Shown: positions 8,042 through 18,076 of the stretch, piece by piece | How the letters are laid out: each line of letters begins with the position of its first letter | Numbering within the stretch: the stretch's first letter is position 1 | DNA from: a virus | Lineage: Duplodnaviria > Caudoviricetes | DNA: 64,000 nt | Direction: 5' to 3' (one strand) | Virus record (IMG/VR): IMGVR_UViG_3300029305_005257 | Location: 4,853-68,852 of that record | The notes under the pieces: generated by a model | Seen by the model: only the letters and a program-made list of their open reading frames with translations | Told to the model about the DNA's origin: nothing | Database searches by the model: none | Translations under genes and position numbers: made by a program

Positions 8042-8593
8042 TTAAAATTGGTTTCTAGCTAAGGCTTTGCATTGTTCCAGATATTGCTTATTAATAGCTT
8101 CCAAAGCATTCCAGTCATATTTACATTTGAATATTCTGGAAATTGTATTCCATGTTCTAATTCGATATTTCAAATCAGTTTCCAATGGAAGGAATTTAGT
8201 AGATTCGACAATATGAGCAATATTAATCCCAAAATCTAAAAGCTCTTCATAAGACATTTTGGTATCACTCTTATAATCTATTCTAGCTAATATTCTATTA
8301 ACTATATTAGTGAGTTTTTCATTATGTGTATAAAAACTTCTTTCTGCTACATAAAGAATGCATTCTGTATAGAATGCTCTATCTACTTTTTCAAAAGTTA
8401 TTTCTTTTCCATAGATATTTTTCATATGGAATATAAGTTCATCATACTTCCTTTTAGTAACTTTATTAAGCTCAATATCCTTATTTATTTCCTCACTGTA
8501 TAGTCTCCGAACTGTTCTTCTCCAGATGATATAGTATTCTCGTGAATTAATCACATTACCGCATAATCCATATCTCCATTTTGTATCTGACAT
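8042..8593 (-). CDS. Hypothetical protein (183 aa)
   Basis: ORF with GGAGG RBS. Confidence 0.75.
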   Translation of the reverse strand: MSDTKWRYGLCGNVINSREYYIIWRRTVRRLYSEEINKDIELNKVTKRKYDELIFHMKNIYGKEITFEKVDRAFYTECILYVAERSFYTHNEKLTNIVNRILARIDYKSDTKMSYEELLDFGINIAHIVESTKFLPLETDLKYRIRTWNTISRIFKCKYDWNALEAINKQYLEQCKALARNQF

Positions 8594-8623
8594 ATTTATT
8601 CCTCCGTATATAATTTGTATTTT

Positions 8624-9223
8624 TTATTTTATTTTGTCATTCCTCCAACTCACCATAGCACCCGGTAATATCTTTTTATTTTCAGGATTTAAGATATAAC
8701 TCAAATACCAAAGTGAAGCTGCATCTCTTTCTCCAATTGGTTCGAAACCTGGATTTTCAAATTCTGATTTCCATAATTCTGGTTGATATGATACTCTAAT
8801 AATTATATCAAATGCCGTACTAAATTTAGTTAATTTCCTAATATGGAAACTGCTTTCATTACCATTAAATGAGACTCCTGTCGTTACGACTTCGGATAGT
8901 TGATCTGGAAAGGTAATTGATACTTTCAACATTGGAAGAATTGTCTCTTTTAACCATTTTTTACAATTTTCTACTTCTTTCTCATTCTCTGCATCGACCT
9001 CGTGTGTTAGAATAAAGGTATTATAATCGGGCTGAGGTATTACTAGATTAAATTCCTTTGGTTTACATATACCAATTTCTACGTACGGAATTCTATTCTC
9101 ATCTTTACCCTCTTCAATGTGAAATACAGCATAATCATTTACTAGTGCGTCATATATAATATCCCTCATAAGTGGATCACACTCAGTTTCAATTTGTGAT
9201 ACAATACAATTTTTTTTATACAT
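8624..9223 (-). CDS. Hypothetical protein (199 aa)
   Basis: ORF with AAAGGAG RBS and TATATATGAT upstream. Confidence 0.75.
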   Translation of the reverse strand: MYKKNCIVSQIETECDPLMRDIIYDALVNDYAVFHIEEGKDENRIPYVEIGICKPKEFNLVIPQPDYNTFILTHEVDAENEKEVENCKKWLKETILPMLKVSITFPDQLSEVVTTGVSFNGNESSFHIRKLTKFSTAFDIIIRVSYQPELWKSEFENPGFEPIGERDAASLWYLSYILNPENKKILPGAMVSWRNDKIK

Positions 9224-9357
9224 GTTTTCTCCTTTCGAAATATGAAAATAATTTTTTATTTACATTAAAATCATATATATTTCATTATTCTTTTTCAAAT
9301 AAAAAAAAAAAAAGAGAAGCTTGCCCAACTTCTCTAAACCTCTTAGAGTCATGATTT

Positions 9358-9915
9358 TTACTCTGCAGAATGTAAGCTACCTGTATATGCTAAGATTATA
9401 TCCCCATAGTCAAATATAGATTTATTTTTAATCATATTTGCTATGTCGAAATTTAATCTTCTTCCACCTATGCTACCAATATTAAGAACATCGTGTTCTT
9501 CAAATAAACGTAACATTCTGTCGATATGTGGGATCCATTCAAATAAATCTTCGTCGTCCCACTTTAATTCGACAACTTTCCAGATGAAAGTGAATGTCTT
9601 ATCTCTAGTTACAGGATGCATACAAGCTCTCAAGCAAGAGCATAAGTATGTTCTTAAAAGTTCTCTCTGTACATTTTCAGCACCGTAGTACTTTTCAATG
9701 AACTTACGATAAACTTCATCTTTGTAACCGTTGAGCTTAAGAATTCTAACAGCATTCATAGTAGCTCTTTCTTCTGCAGAAGTTAACTTGCCGGATTCTA
9801 GACGTTCTTCTGCTTCTTCCAAAAATGGAATTCCGTACAGTCTTTCATATACAGTATGAAAACTGCCGTGCATAATTTCGTCATGGTTCATAAAATTTTC
9901 AATTCTTGGATTCAT
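9358..9915 (-). CDS. Hypothetical protein (185 aa)
   Basis: ORF with AAAGGAGG RBS and TATATATTAT upstream. Confidence 0.75.
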   Translation of the reverse strand: MNPRIENFMNHDEIMHGSFHTVYERLYGIPFLEEAEERLESGKLTSAEERATMNAVRILKLNGYKDEVYRKFIEKYYGAENVQRELLRTYLCSCLRACMHPVTRDKTFTFIWKVVELKWDDEDLFEWIPHIDRMLRLFEEHDVLNIGSIGGRRLNFDIANMIKNKSIFDYGDIILAYTGSLHSAE

Positions 9916-10086
9916 AATTAGAATCCTCCTTTCATAAAATAATTTTATAAACCTAACCCGGTCAAACCTTATTTGCTACAATAATAATATATAATTTAAA
10001 AATCATTTGTTTCTAAAAGTGACTATACTTGAGATTAATCGAATTAAAGAGTAACACCTGAATAAAAATATGAAAGGAGTAGTATA

Positions 10087-10833
10087 ATGAACGAATTCAG
10101 AAAAGAAGGAGAAAATATTCTAATTAATGTTCCATATGCTGAGGCATATATTCCACTGGAATTATTTCAAGATACAAAGAGTTCTATGTCTATGATATAT
10201 GGTGATGGTATAATTACTATGGGTATTTTTTATATGAGATTTTATAAATCTGAAGAAGAAGCAGACGAAAATAGAGATTCTGTTCCACTAAGAACTTTCA
10301 GTTATCCTAGTTCTATATTTACTTTACCATCTTCATATGAAGATGAGACGCTTGTACTTAATGGAGTAGAAGAAAAAGTAAAGACTCTTAAGTATTATCA
10401 AGATGATGTAATGATGGAGTATCATACAGTTAAAAACATTCTTAACTGTGAAGCATATCTTGACGCTTTGATTAAAGCTAAATTCCCAAATAGTATGAAA
10501 TATGAAGATTTATTCATTAACTGGCATGAAAATTTTGTGCAGAATGGATTTCATCCGGGAACTTTAGCTGTAGTATTACAGATTATCATAGCTGAAAATG
10601 CTAGATATAAAAAGGATCCGTCTATTCCATATAGACGATATGCAGCTTATGCAAAAGAGATCAATCCAGCAGATTACGAATTGGTAAATATGAATACAAT
10701 CGCAGCTAATAACTCAGTATTTAGTGCTATCGGTTTTGAAAGATTCAAAGAGAAACTGTCTACGTCAATTACAATGAGTAAAACTAATGCTGCACAAAAT
10801 ATTAGTCCATTGGAAAAAGTAATCTTATATTAA
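10087..10833 (+). CDS. Putative RNA polymerase beta' extreme C-terminal-like fragment (248 aa)
   Basis: VVLQIIIAENAR...ELVNMNTIAANNSVFSAIGFERFKEKLSTSI resembles beta' HIEVIVRQM...SFISAASFQETTRVL and the C-terminus of 26390-28405. Confidence 0.5.
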   Translation: MNEFRKEGENILINVPYAEAYIPLELFQDTKSSMSMIYGDGIITMGIFYMRFYKSEEEADENRDSVPLRTFSYPSSIFTLPSSYEDETLVLNGVEEKVKTLKYYQDDVMMEYHTVKNILNCEAYLDALIKAKFPNSMKYEDLFINWHENFVQNGFHPGTLAVVLQIIIAENARYKKDPSIPYRRYAAYAKEINPADYELVNMNTIAANNSVFSAIGFERFKEKLSTSITMSKTNAAQNISPLEKVILY

Positions 10834-10847
10834 AGGGGGTATTACAA

Positions 10848-11291
10848 GTGTCACGGAGAAGGAGAAGACGTTCAAAGAAAACCTGTTCTCTCACAGAAAA
10901 TCTAATTCAAGTATGTCAAAGTATCGTTAATGCATATGAATCCGATATATGTGCAGATGTTATTAGGTTGGAGAAAACAAAAGGTGAAAAATATCAAATG
11001 CTTAATAGAGAATTCTATGTTGCTGCATCTATAGATTCTAATATAGAATATAAAACACATTCATATCAAGATGCAATAATGCATTGCCCAGTAGGATATA
11101 TGATATTCACTAATGAGGGTATAAAAGTATATCCTCAGCCAAATAGAAGAGTGCCTGCTGGTAGAGCATATACATTACGTATGCATAGCAAAGATAAGAA
11201 TTTAGGTACATATAGAGATTTACAAGATGCAATTAATAACTGTCCGATAAATTGTGGGGTATACGATGATAACGGATTAAGAGTATATTAA
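10848..11291 (+). CDS. Hypothetical protein with two copies of a ~28-aa repeat
   Basis: GTG start. Repeats HSYQDAIMHCPVGYMIFTNEGIKVY and GTYRDLQDAINNCPINCGVYDDNGLRVY. Arg-rich N-terminus. Confidence 0.7.
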   Translation: MSRRRRRRSKKTCSLTENLIQVCQSIVNAYESDICADVIRLEKTKGEKYQMLNREFYVAASIDSNIEYKTHSYQDAIMHCPVGYMIFTNEGIKVYPQPNRRVPAGRAYTLRMHSKDKNLGTYRDLQDAINNCPINCGVYDDNGLRVY

Positions 11292-11326
11292 AAAAGAGGG
11301 TAGCAAATTTAATGCTACCCTCTTTT
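11292..11326 (+). terminator. Terminator
   Basis: aaaagagggtagca-N7-tgctaccctctttt. Confidence 0.85.
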
Positions 11327-11383
11327 AATCCTTATTTTCTTTTATTTTACACTGAATATAAATGAACTGTTTATTTTAAAATT

Positions 11384-11412
11384 GATACAGTAAATTAAAT
11401 CAATCCATTTTA
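11384..11412 (+). promoter_or_regulatory. Conserved late leader/promoter of the tail sheath gene
   Basis: GATACAGTAAATTAAATCAATCCATTTTA, 26/29 identical to the element upstream of the capsid gene. Confidence 0.75.
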
Positions 11413-11458
11413 TTATTGTAAAATGATTAGTCTTTAAAGAAAGCGAGGTAAATAAAAT

Positions 11459-13372
11459 ATGCCAAGACCATATCAGATTATTCCGAAGAATAGTTATCCT
11501 ACGGAAGAAACGTATGTAAATGACAATACTGTTGTGACTAACTCATTAGTTGATGTAGCTGCTAACACAGTATCTTTTTTATATGTCGTTAACTCCCCAA
11601 AAGGCAAAGATGGTGTAGTACAAACCATTGAGGGTCAACAGGATTTTGTTAATAAGATCGGTATTGGACCTTATTCATTATACGGTCAATCCTTAATCAG
11701 TGCTTATGCAGTTGCATCTACTGGTAATGCGATTGTTCATGTACTTCGTGTTGCAGCTCCTGATGCCACTTATGCAAACATTACAGTGTGTGCTAAGTTT
11801 ATGCATCTTTTAGGAGAAGGGTTAGCAGTTAAGTTTGTTGCCCATAGTTCTAAACTTACTGATTTGGATGAACTCGAAAGTGCTTATACACCTTCTGATT
11901 CACCAGACGATGAAGGATTTACTGAAGTTAAATTATTTTCTGTTGCGGCATTAGGTAGAGGTAAATATGGTAATAATTACCAGGTTAGATTATCTTCTAT
12001 CAGAACTGCAGATAAGGAAAATAACTTTAAGAATTATCAGTTTGAAATTTATGAATCTGATGTTGTTATTGATCAGAAGGAATCTTTCCATGTTTGCTTC
12101 TCAGAAAATGCATTAATTGGTGATACATCATATTATGCAGATGCTGTAATCGGAGATCCTGTGTCTGGTTCTGAATACGTGAAATTTGTATCATATCCAG
12201 AGGGATTTGAAAGAATTACAGCTGCTTACAACGATGCAGTGAATTTGATGAATAATTCCATTGTTACTGATGGTAACGGTAATCAAACCAACCCTAACCA
12301 AGGAAACTATTTGAATTTTACTGTTGATGATATTGATATTTTTGGAGGTACCAATAAGTACAACAACAAGGCACTTGATTGGTATACAATTGATACGACA
12401 GCTGATGATTGCATCAATCCTTATGGTGCAGATGGTTATCCAGATATTATTCTTGCAGATGGTTCTGATGGTGCATTAGATGCATCTAAACCGATTACAG
12501 AGAGAGAAAAGGTATTGGATGATTTATATAAGAAGGCATTTTCTGGAGAAATTGATCCTATGATCAAATCCAAGAATAAGTTCCCTACTTCTATTATTCC
12601 AGACTGTGGATACTCTTTTGAGATTAAGAATTTGATTAAAGCATTAAATGACGCTCGAGGTGACTCCATTGCATTATTTGATATGGGTACTCAGATTAAG
12701 ACTCATCAGAGTGTATTGGATACGGGAAAGGCAAACTTCCTTAATTATGTAAGTACGTATGAAAGCGTTGATGGATATTGCGGTAAGATTAGAGATCCAT
12801 ACAGCAAGAAGATTATTACTGTAACTTCTACTTATGCTCTTTGCTTATTATATGCTAAACATTTCGCTACTTTCAATGGAAAGCATATTCCATTAGCAGA
12901 CAACGACTATGGTAATCTTGAAGATGTATTCTTATCTAATACGATTTATCCTGTATTCGATGAAGATATTCATTCCGATATGATGAATGAATTAATTGAT
13001 GCTAGAATTAACTTTGCAAGATATAACGCAAATCAGGAAACAAAGCGTTCTACTCAGACAACTAGACAGGAACAGTTATCCATGTTATCAGAACTTCATA
13101 ATTGTTTTATTCTTAAAGATGTTAAGAGAGCAATGGAACGTCTCTGTGCAACAAATCGTTTTGACTTTGCAGATAGCATGGATATTATTAGATTTAATAA
13201 TGCTGCAGAAAACGTCGCATCTAAGTTTAGAGGACAAGTTGTGTCTATTGAAGCTAAATACGGTCAGACAGAATACGAAAAAGAACGCTCTATCATTCAT
13301 TTGTATGTTACAATTGTTAACCGTAGTATTGTTAAGACTACAATTATCGAAATCGATGTTAATAGAGAATAA
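11459..13372 (+). CDS. Tail sheath protein
   Basis: 637 aa. GPYSLYGQ N-terminus, RGKYGNNYQVRL, DGSDG, and a C-terminal sheath domain (LSELHNCFILKDVKR...TTIIEIDVNRE). Followed directly by a tube-like gene. Confidence 0.85.
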   Translation: MPRPYQIIPKNSYPTEETYVNDNTVVTNSLVDVAANTVSFLYVVNSPKGKDGVVQTIEGQQDFVNKIGIGPYSLYGQSLISAYAVASTGNAIVHVLRVAAPDATYANITVCAKFMHLLGEGLAVKFVAHSSKLTDLDELESAYTPSDSPDDEGFTEVKLFSVAALGRGKYGNNYQVRLSSIRTADKENNFKNYQFEIYESDVVIDQKESFHVCFSENALIGDTSYYADAVIGDPVSGSEYVKFVSYPEGFERITAAYNDAVNLMNNSIVTDGNGNQTNPNQGNYLNFTVDDIDIFGGTNKYNNKALDWYTIDTTADDCINPYGADGYPDIILADGSDGALDASKPITEREKVLDDLYKKAFSGEIDPMIKSKNKFPTSIIPDCGYSFEIKNLIKALNDARGDSIALFDMGTQIKTHQSVLDTGKANFLNYVSTYESVDGYCGKIRDPYSKKIITVTSTYALCLLYAKHFATFNGKHIPLADNDYGNLEDVFLSNTIYPVFDEDIHSDMMNELIDARINFARYNANQETKRSTQTTRQEQLSMLSELHNCFILKDVKRAMERLCATNRFDFADSMDIIRFNNAAENVASKFRGQVVSIEAKYGQTEYEKERSIIHLYVTIVNRSIVKTTIIEIDVNRE

Positions 13373-13392
13373 GGAAAGGAGGAAATAAAATT

Positions 13393-14286
13393 ATGGCTGT
13401 TACGATTCAGAGTGGTATTAAACGTAATATCAAAGATTATAAGAATTTTTGTTATTGGTTAAACGGAGTCGATGTAACCGATCAGAATTTGGATCAGTTT
13501 ACACCTTATATTAAAGGTGTAGCTAGACTTTTTTTATATAAACCCGCTCCATTTTTATTAGATGTTTTTAAAGATGAGACAAGTAGATTCAAGTCTCTCA
13601 TCGAAAGTGGATACACTAGAATTGATGGTATTCAAGATACTAATGTTGAGACCGTTGAATTTGAAGGTGGTTTCAATGGTCAGAAGTTTAGAAATATTTC
13701 TTTAGCTTCTAATGATACAGATACAATCACTATTTCTGTTTATGAACAGACTGGTTCTCCACTTCGTGAATATATCGATGCTTGGGTAACTGGTATGAGA
13801 GACCAGAGATCTGGTATTGCTCATTACCATGGTGCATTAGATTCAAATACATCATATGGTGAAAAGAATCATACTGCAGAATTTATCTATTGTACGATGG
13901 ATCCTACTGGAAGATACATCGAATATGCATGTATGTTTGCACACGCGTTTCCAACTAAAGTTCCAAAATCTCATCTTAACTATGAGAGCAGAGACCGTGG
14001 AAATGTACTTATGGACCTTGAATTTGCAGTTCAATTGTATGAGTCTCCTGCGATTAATGCTATTGCAAACTATTGTTTAGCTAATAGTCAGGTTGAATAC
14101 AACTATCTCAAATTTACTCCTAATATTCCAAACGCTATTGATGTTAATTCATATTCTACTAAGAATAGTCTTAGTCAGAGCCAGGTTGAATTGATTCACA
14201 ATGGTGGAATCGAATTTAACAATTACGGAGCAAATAGCAACCAGCTTGCAAATATCATTGCACCTGGTGGCGTAAATAAACTCTAA
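13393..14286 (+). CDS. Tail tube protein
   Basis: Directly downstream of the sheath. FTPYIKG, EQTGSP, WVTGMRD and NHTAEFIYCTMDPTG are typical of jumbo-phage tube proteins. Confidence 0.75.
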   Translation: MAVTIQSGIKRNIKDYKNFCYWLNGVDVTDQNLDQFTPYIKGVARLFLYKPAPFLLDVFKDETSRFKSLIESGYTRIDGIQDTNVETVEFEGGFNGQKFRNISLASNDTDTITISVYEQTGSPLREYIDAWVTGMRDQRSGIAHYHGALDSNTSYGEKNHTAEFIYCTMDPTGRYIEYACMFAHAFPTKVPKSHLNYESRDRGNVLMDLEFAVQLYESPAINAIANYCLANSQVEYNYLKFTPNIPNAIDVNSYSTKNSLSQSQVELIHNGGIEFNNYGANSNQLANIIAPGGVNKL

Positions 14287-14314
14287 TCCTTTACTTAGCT
14301 CTTAGAAAGAAACT

Positions 14315-14348
14315 AATAACCCACTAGATTTTAATCTAGTGGGTTATT
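14315..14348. terminator. Bidirectional terminator
   Basis: aataacccactaga-ttttaa-tctagtgggttatt between the convergent tube and portal genes. Confidence 0.85.
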
Positions 14349-14357
14349 CTATTTACT

Positions 14358-16727
14358 TTACATAGTCATATCATTCGCTGTTGGATTTACTGGTCCGTGA
14401 TTTGCAGCATCGGCATCTTCCTTTCTCTTATCTGCAGCTGCCCAATCATAGAAACTAACCAAATCTTTACATGTTTCTAATGTAAACTGTGTTTTAGATT
14501 TCATATCTGATGGATTTACTTCTAATCCATAATATAATTCCGCAATAATATCAGCCTTTTCTTTAGCGATTCTAATATTCTCACTATCATTAGTATTAGC
14601 TAATACTTTAGGCTTAGGTAAATTTACATGTACATGAGGTACAATGTGCTTATATTTCTCATTCAGATTTGAATTCATTAACAAATCTCTATAAAAATCT
14701 GTATAAGGATCATCTAAGTCATTCTGTACAGAACTAATATAACCTGCATATTGAATAGAAGATGATACAACTTGTCTAGAGAACTGAAGATCGTTGACAT
14801 ATTCCATATGACTATCAGGTACATTTGTACCGATAATAATCATTTTTTCTAATTTTTCTTCAGTTTCTGTACTCATATCCATATTCTTACCTTCTAATCT
14901 TTCAAATTCCAATAATTTTTGTCCGTTATTGGCAGTAGGAATAAGAATATTGGTATTTCTATTGAATTTATTAAACATGATATTTGGTGATAGAAAATCT
15001 CCGAAAGATATATTTCCACCTTCTAATTGTCTTACAGCTCTATCTAATTGATTTTTTCCATATAAATCAATAGGTCCTTTATGAGCAGTGACTAATGTCT
15101 TATCACCTGTATTGTTTACAAACAGTAATAATTTAGATACTAAATACGACAATAACATCTTTCCTGGAAGTATTGAATCAGCTAATACAGATTCTCCTTG
15201 TCCATCAATAGTCTCGTTGATCTTAAAAGCGTAAATATATTTAGCAGGAATAAATTGAATATTAAAATCGTTATCCACCAATCCTTTTGAGATGATACAA
15301 TCCGCAATTGTTTTCTTAAAATCTTGATGATCGATCAAGAACTTATGATCAAAATTTTTTAAAATCATGTCAGTAATTGTATCTACTACATTATTAACTG
15401 CTAAATCTTTCTTTTGTTTATTGATATCTAACGATGATGTAAATAAACCTTCTGAACCAACGTTACTTACTCTATTGGCACCTTTTCTTTTTTTCTTAGA
15501 TGTTACATGATAATATCCAATAACCTCATTAAAAATTTCAAATGGGACCAAGTCTCTAGCACTGATGAATTTGACATAATTACCTAAATTAATAAGTTCA
15601 TTTTCTTCTGCTTCTGATAATTTTACGATATCTTTGGTGCCATCTGGAATATTGTTATTATAACCTTTCTCATTGGTTATATTTGAAATATTTGACGTGT
15701 TATTTACAAACTTACTATGATCTTTACTCTTCATACCGTTTGTAAGATTGGATTGATTTTTAACTGCAAAAAAAGTAGATGCCTCCTCCATTGCTGAAGT
15801 TAATATAGGTCCTTCTTCAAAAGAAAAAGAATGAACTATGTCCTCTACTTCTAATTTTGTATCTTTAATCATTTTTTCTCTATCGGATTGCATAACAAAC
15901 AAACCCTTATCCAATGACTTAACAATATTTGTACATGCTTCAGTTGCGATACTGATTGCATCTGAAACAGTTGATATTTCCAATGGAATATCTAAGAATC
16001 CTTCGTAACCTTCACTTGCTTTTGAAAGATATCTATTAATTTTTCCATGTTTTGCTTCTTTCTTACGTTTTTGCTCTTCATACGTAATAAAGAGTTCCTT
16101 ATAAGGAATAGAATAGATATATCCAGATCCGCACATTAGTGCGTCTTTAAATGTATGATTCTTCATTTTCTTACGAAGCTTATGTTCTTTTTCGATTTCT
16201 TCAATTTTATCTTCGATAGCTTCTTTGGCTTCGGCATCTACAGTGGTATCGTAGGTGATTTTTCTTTTAACGTCGTCCGCAAGTTCATCTGCTGCAGTAA
16301 GATGATCTAACGTGGTTCTTAATGCTCTACCTAATACCGGTATAAATTTACATATACATTTCAAATCTAACATTTCCACATACTTATTATCATAAGACTC
16401 TAATAAGTAATTATAAATTTGATCAATATTTTCAGTCATTAGATTGGCTGATGATTGCTGAAACTGGTTATTTTTATTCTTTTCATTATTACTTTCTCGT
16501 TGAGATTGAATAAAGTCTAAAATAGAACCACGAGAAACACCATTTGCAATATCAATCTCTCTGTTGATTATTTGCTGGAATTTCAAATTCTTCGATTCTA
16601 AGTCAGAAGTATATTCATAGTTAGGATCTACTAAAGATAATATTTTTTGTGCTACATTTGATAGTGCATTTATTCCACTACTATTTCTCTTAATAGACTC
16701 CTTTTCTTTTTTATCTTTTTTCGCCAT
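14358..16727 (-). CDS. Portal protein (putative)
   Basis: 789 aa. Order of motifs (IPVLGRALRTTLD, GSGYIYSIPY, FIPAKYI, GESVL, ILIP...FERLEG, IGTNVP) fits T4 gp20-like/jumbo-phage portals. Confidence 0.65.
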   Translation of the reverse strand: MAKKDKKEKESIKRNSSGINALSNVAQKILSLVDPNYEYTSDLESKNLKFQQIINREIDIANGVSRGSILDFIQSQRESNNEKNKNNQFQQSSANLMTENIDQIYNYLLESYDNKYVEMLDLKCICKFIPVLGRALRTTLDHLTAADELADDVKRKITYDTTVDAEAKEAIEDKIEEIEKEHKLRKKMKNHTFKDALMCGSGYIYSIPYKELFITYEEQKRKKEAKHGKINRYLSKASEGYEGFLDIPLEISTVSDAISIATEACTNIVKSLDKGLFVMQSDREKMIKDTKLEVEDIVHSFSFEEGPILTSAMEEASTFFAVKNQSNLTNGMKSKDHSKFVNNTSNISNITNEKGYNNNIPDGTKDIVKLSEAEENELINLGNYVKFISARDLVPFEIFNEVIGYYHVTSKKKRKGANRVSNVGSEGLFTSSLDINKQKKDLAVNNVVDTITDMILKNFDHKFLIDHQDFKKTIADCIISKGLVDNDFNIQFIPAKYIYAFKINETIDGQGESVLADSILPGKMLLSYLVSKLLLFVNNTGDKTLVTAHKGPIDLYGKNQLDRAVRQLEGGNISFGDFLSPNIMFNKFNRNTNILIPTANNGQKLLEFERLEGKNMDMSTETEEKLEKMIIIGTNVPDSHMEYVNDLQFSRQVVSSSIQYAGYISSVQNDLDDPYTDFYRDLLMNSNLNEKYKHIVPHVHVNLPKPKVLANTNDSENIRIAKEKADIIAELYYGLEVNPSDMKSKTQFTLETCKDLVSFYDWAAADKRKEDADAANHGPVNPTANDMTM

Positions 16728-16750
16728 ATGAAATTCTTCCTTTCATAGTT

Positions 16751-17251
16751 TTATAATTTTGGGAGGTAAGAATTCTCCCTTTTAGAGTTTGATATATAAA
16801 CTAAACATGAATGAATAAATTCATTAAATCTAGGAGAGTTTACTATTTCGTATATAAATATATGCTGCTTAATCTTGGATTCCAAATGTGCAAATGCCAA
16901 AGCTGCAAGCCCTCTAATAAGTTCAGCATCTATATCTACATAATCAGTAGATATATTCTTTGTAATTGAATTATATGCTATCATCTGCTTACTTGATTCG
17001 TCTGCTATTCTAAAACCAAATAAAGTAAATTCAATTAGGAAAGTATTTTTATAGTTCTTTTCTGGTATATCGATAACATATATCATGTGTGGAGGGACCA
17101 GAGGATTATTTAATACTGACATTAAAGCAGTATTTAATTCATTCTTTTCACATAACATTATATACGCTTCTTCATTTCCTATAAATTCATCAAAGATGAC
17201 AACGTTGCTTGTCAATCCCATGCTTTTAGTCGCAATTTTCCGATTCTTCAT
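16751..17251 (-). CDS. Hypothetical protein (166 aa)
   Basis: ORF with AAGGAG RBS. Confidence 0.7.
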   Translation of the reverse strand: MKNRKIATKSMGLTSNVVIFDEFIGNEEAYIMLCEKNELNTALMSVLNNPLVPPHMIYVIDIPEKNYKNTFLIEFTLFGFRIADESSKQMIAYNSITKNISTDYVDIDAELIRGLAALAFAHLESKIKQHIFIYEIVNSPRFNEFIHSCLVYISNSKRENSYLPKL

Positions 17252-17278
17252 AAAATAAAAACACTCCTTAAATTTATT

Positions 17279-17319
17279 TTGGTGTGATAAATCTCAATTC
17301 AATGAGATCATCACACCAA
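17279..17319 (-). terminator. Terminator-like hairpin
   Basis: ttggtgtgat..atctca-attcaa-tgagat..atcacaccaa. Confidence 0.65.
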
Positions 17320-17329
17320 TTTATTAATA

Positions 17330-18070
17330 TTATACTGATTGATATGCCGCTATTATAGTAAAAATATAACAATCAATATCTTTAATATCTTCTTTGAAGA
17401 TAAAATAAGCACATTTGTCATCTAATTCACCTCTATGAGTTAAGCAAACATATTCTATTTTGTCGCTATAACCAATATTTGGAAATATTGCTCTTGTGAT
17501 ATAAGCATAGCAATCATTATCCTGAACGATCACCATTTTACTATCTGACAATTCGTCCATTTGTTCATCTGATAAACATTTCATCTGTAATATATCTAAA
17601 TCATTAGGTTCTATTCCCTCTGTATCTAATATATCTATAAAACGTCTGTAAAATTCTTTTTTAATAAGATTACGGGTTTCTTCAATTACCTTTTCTTCTC
17701 TAGTAGATATAATATTTACATCTATTTTAGCTTCTGGATAAACTGCTTTAGGATTTTGACCTAGATGGATTACATCTTCTCCAATTTCTACAGTTGATGT
17801 ACTGTATCTGTATAATTTCTTAAATTCAAACATTTCTAATGTATTATACATACAGCACCCAAATAAATCTATGATATCATCATTTTCATCTCCGTAAAAC
17901 ATACCTATTCGTTCCATTTTAGGATTCTCTCCTTTTAAATAGAACATTCCGTCTGAATCTATGTATACCATAGAAGATAATCTTTTTATATATTGATTAA
18001 ATCCATTAATTAGCTTTTTAGTAACGATCTTATCTATATCGTTCTTTGATAGCTCTTTTTTCTTTCCCAT
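17330..18070 (-). CDS. Hypothetical protein (246 aa) coupled to the DNA polymerase N-half gene
   Basis: Starts 6 nt after the polymerase stop codon, with a GAGGAG RBS. Confidence 0.75.
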   Translation of the reverse strand: MGKKKELSKNDIDKIVTKKLINGFNQYIKRLSSMVYIDSDGMFYLKGENPKMERIGMFYGDENDDIIDLFGCCMYNTLEMFEFKKLYRYSTSTVEIGEDVIHLGQNPKAVYPEAKIDVNIISTREEKVIEETRNLIKKEFYRRFIDILDTEGIEPNDLDILQMKCLSDEQMDELSDSKMVIVQDNDCYAYITRAIFPNIGYSDKIEYVCLTHRGELDDKCAYFIFKEDIKDIDCYIFTIIAAYQSV

Positions 18071-18076
18071 GATAAC

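Noticed and set aside
12996-13388. Alternative-frame ORF overlapping the sheath gene, and the many 60-160 aa antisense or nested ORFs in the track (e.g. 18069-18524, 52666-53151, 59858-60238)
   Set aside because: They lie fully within well-supported genes, lack RBSs and show shadow-ORF composition.
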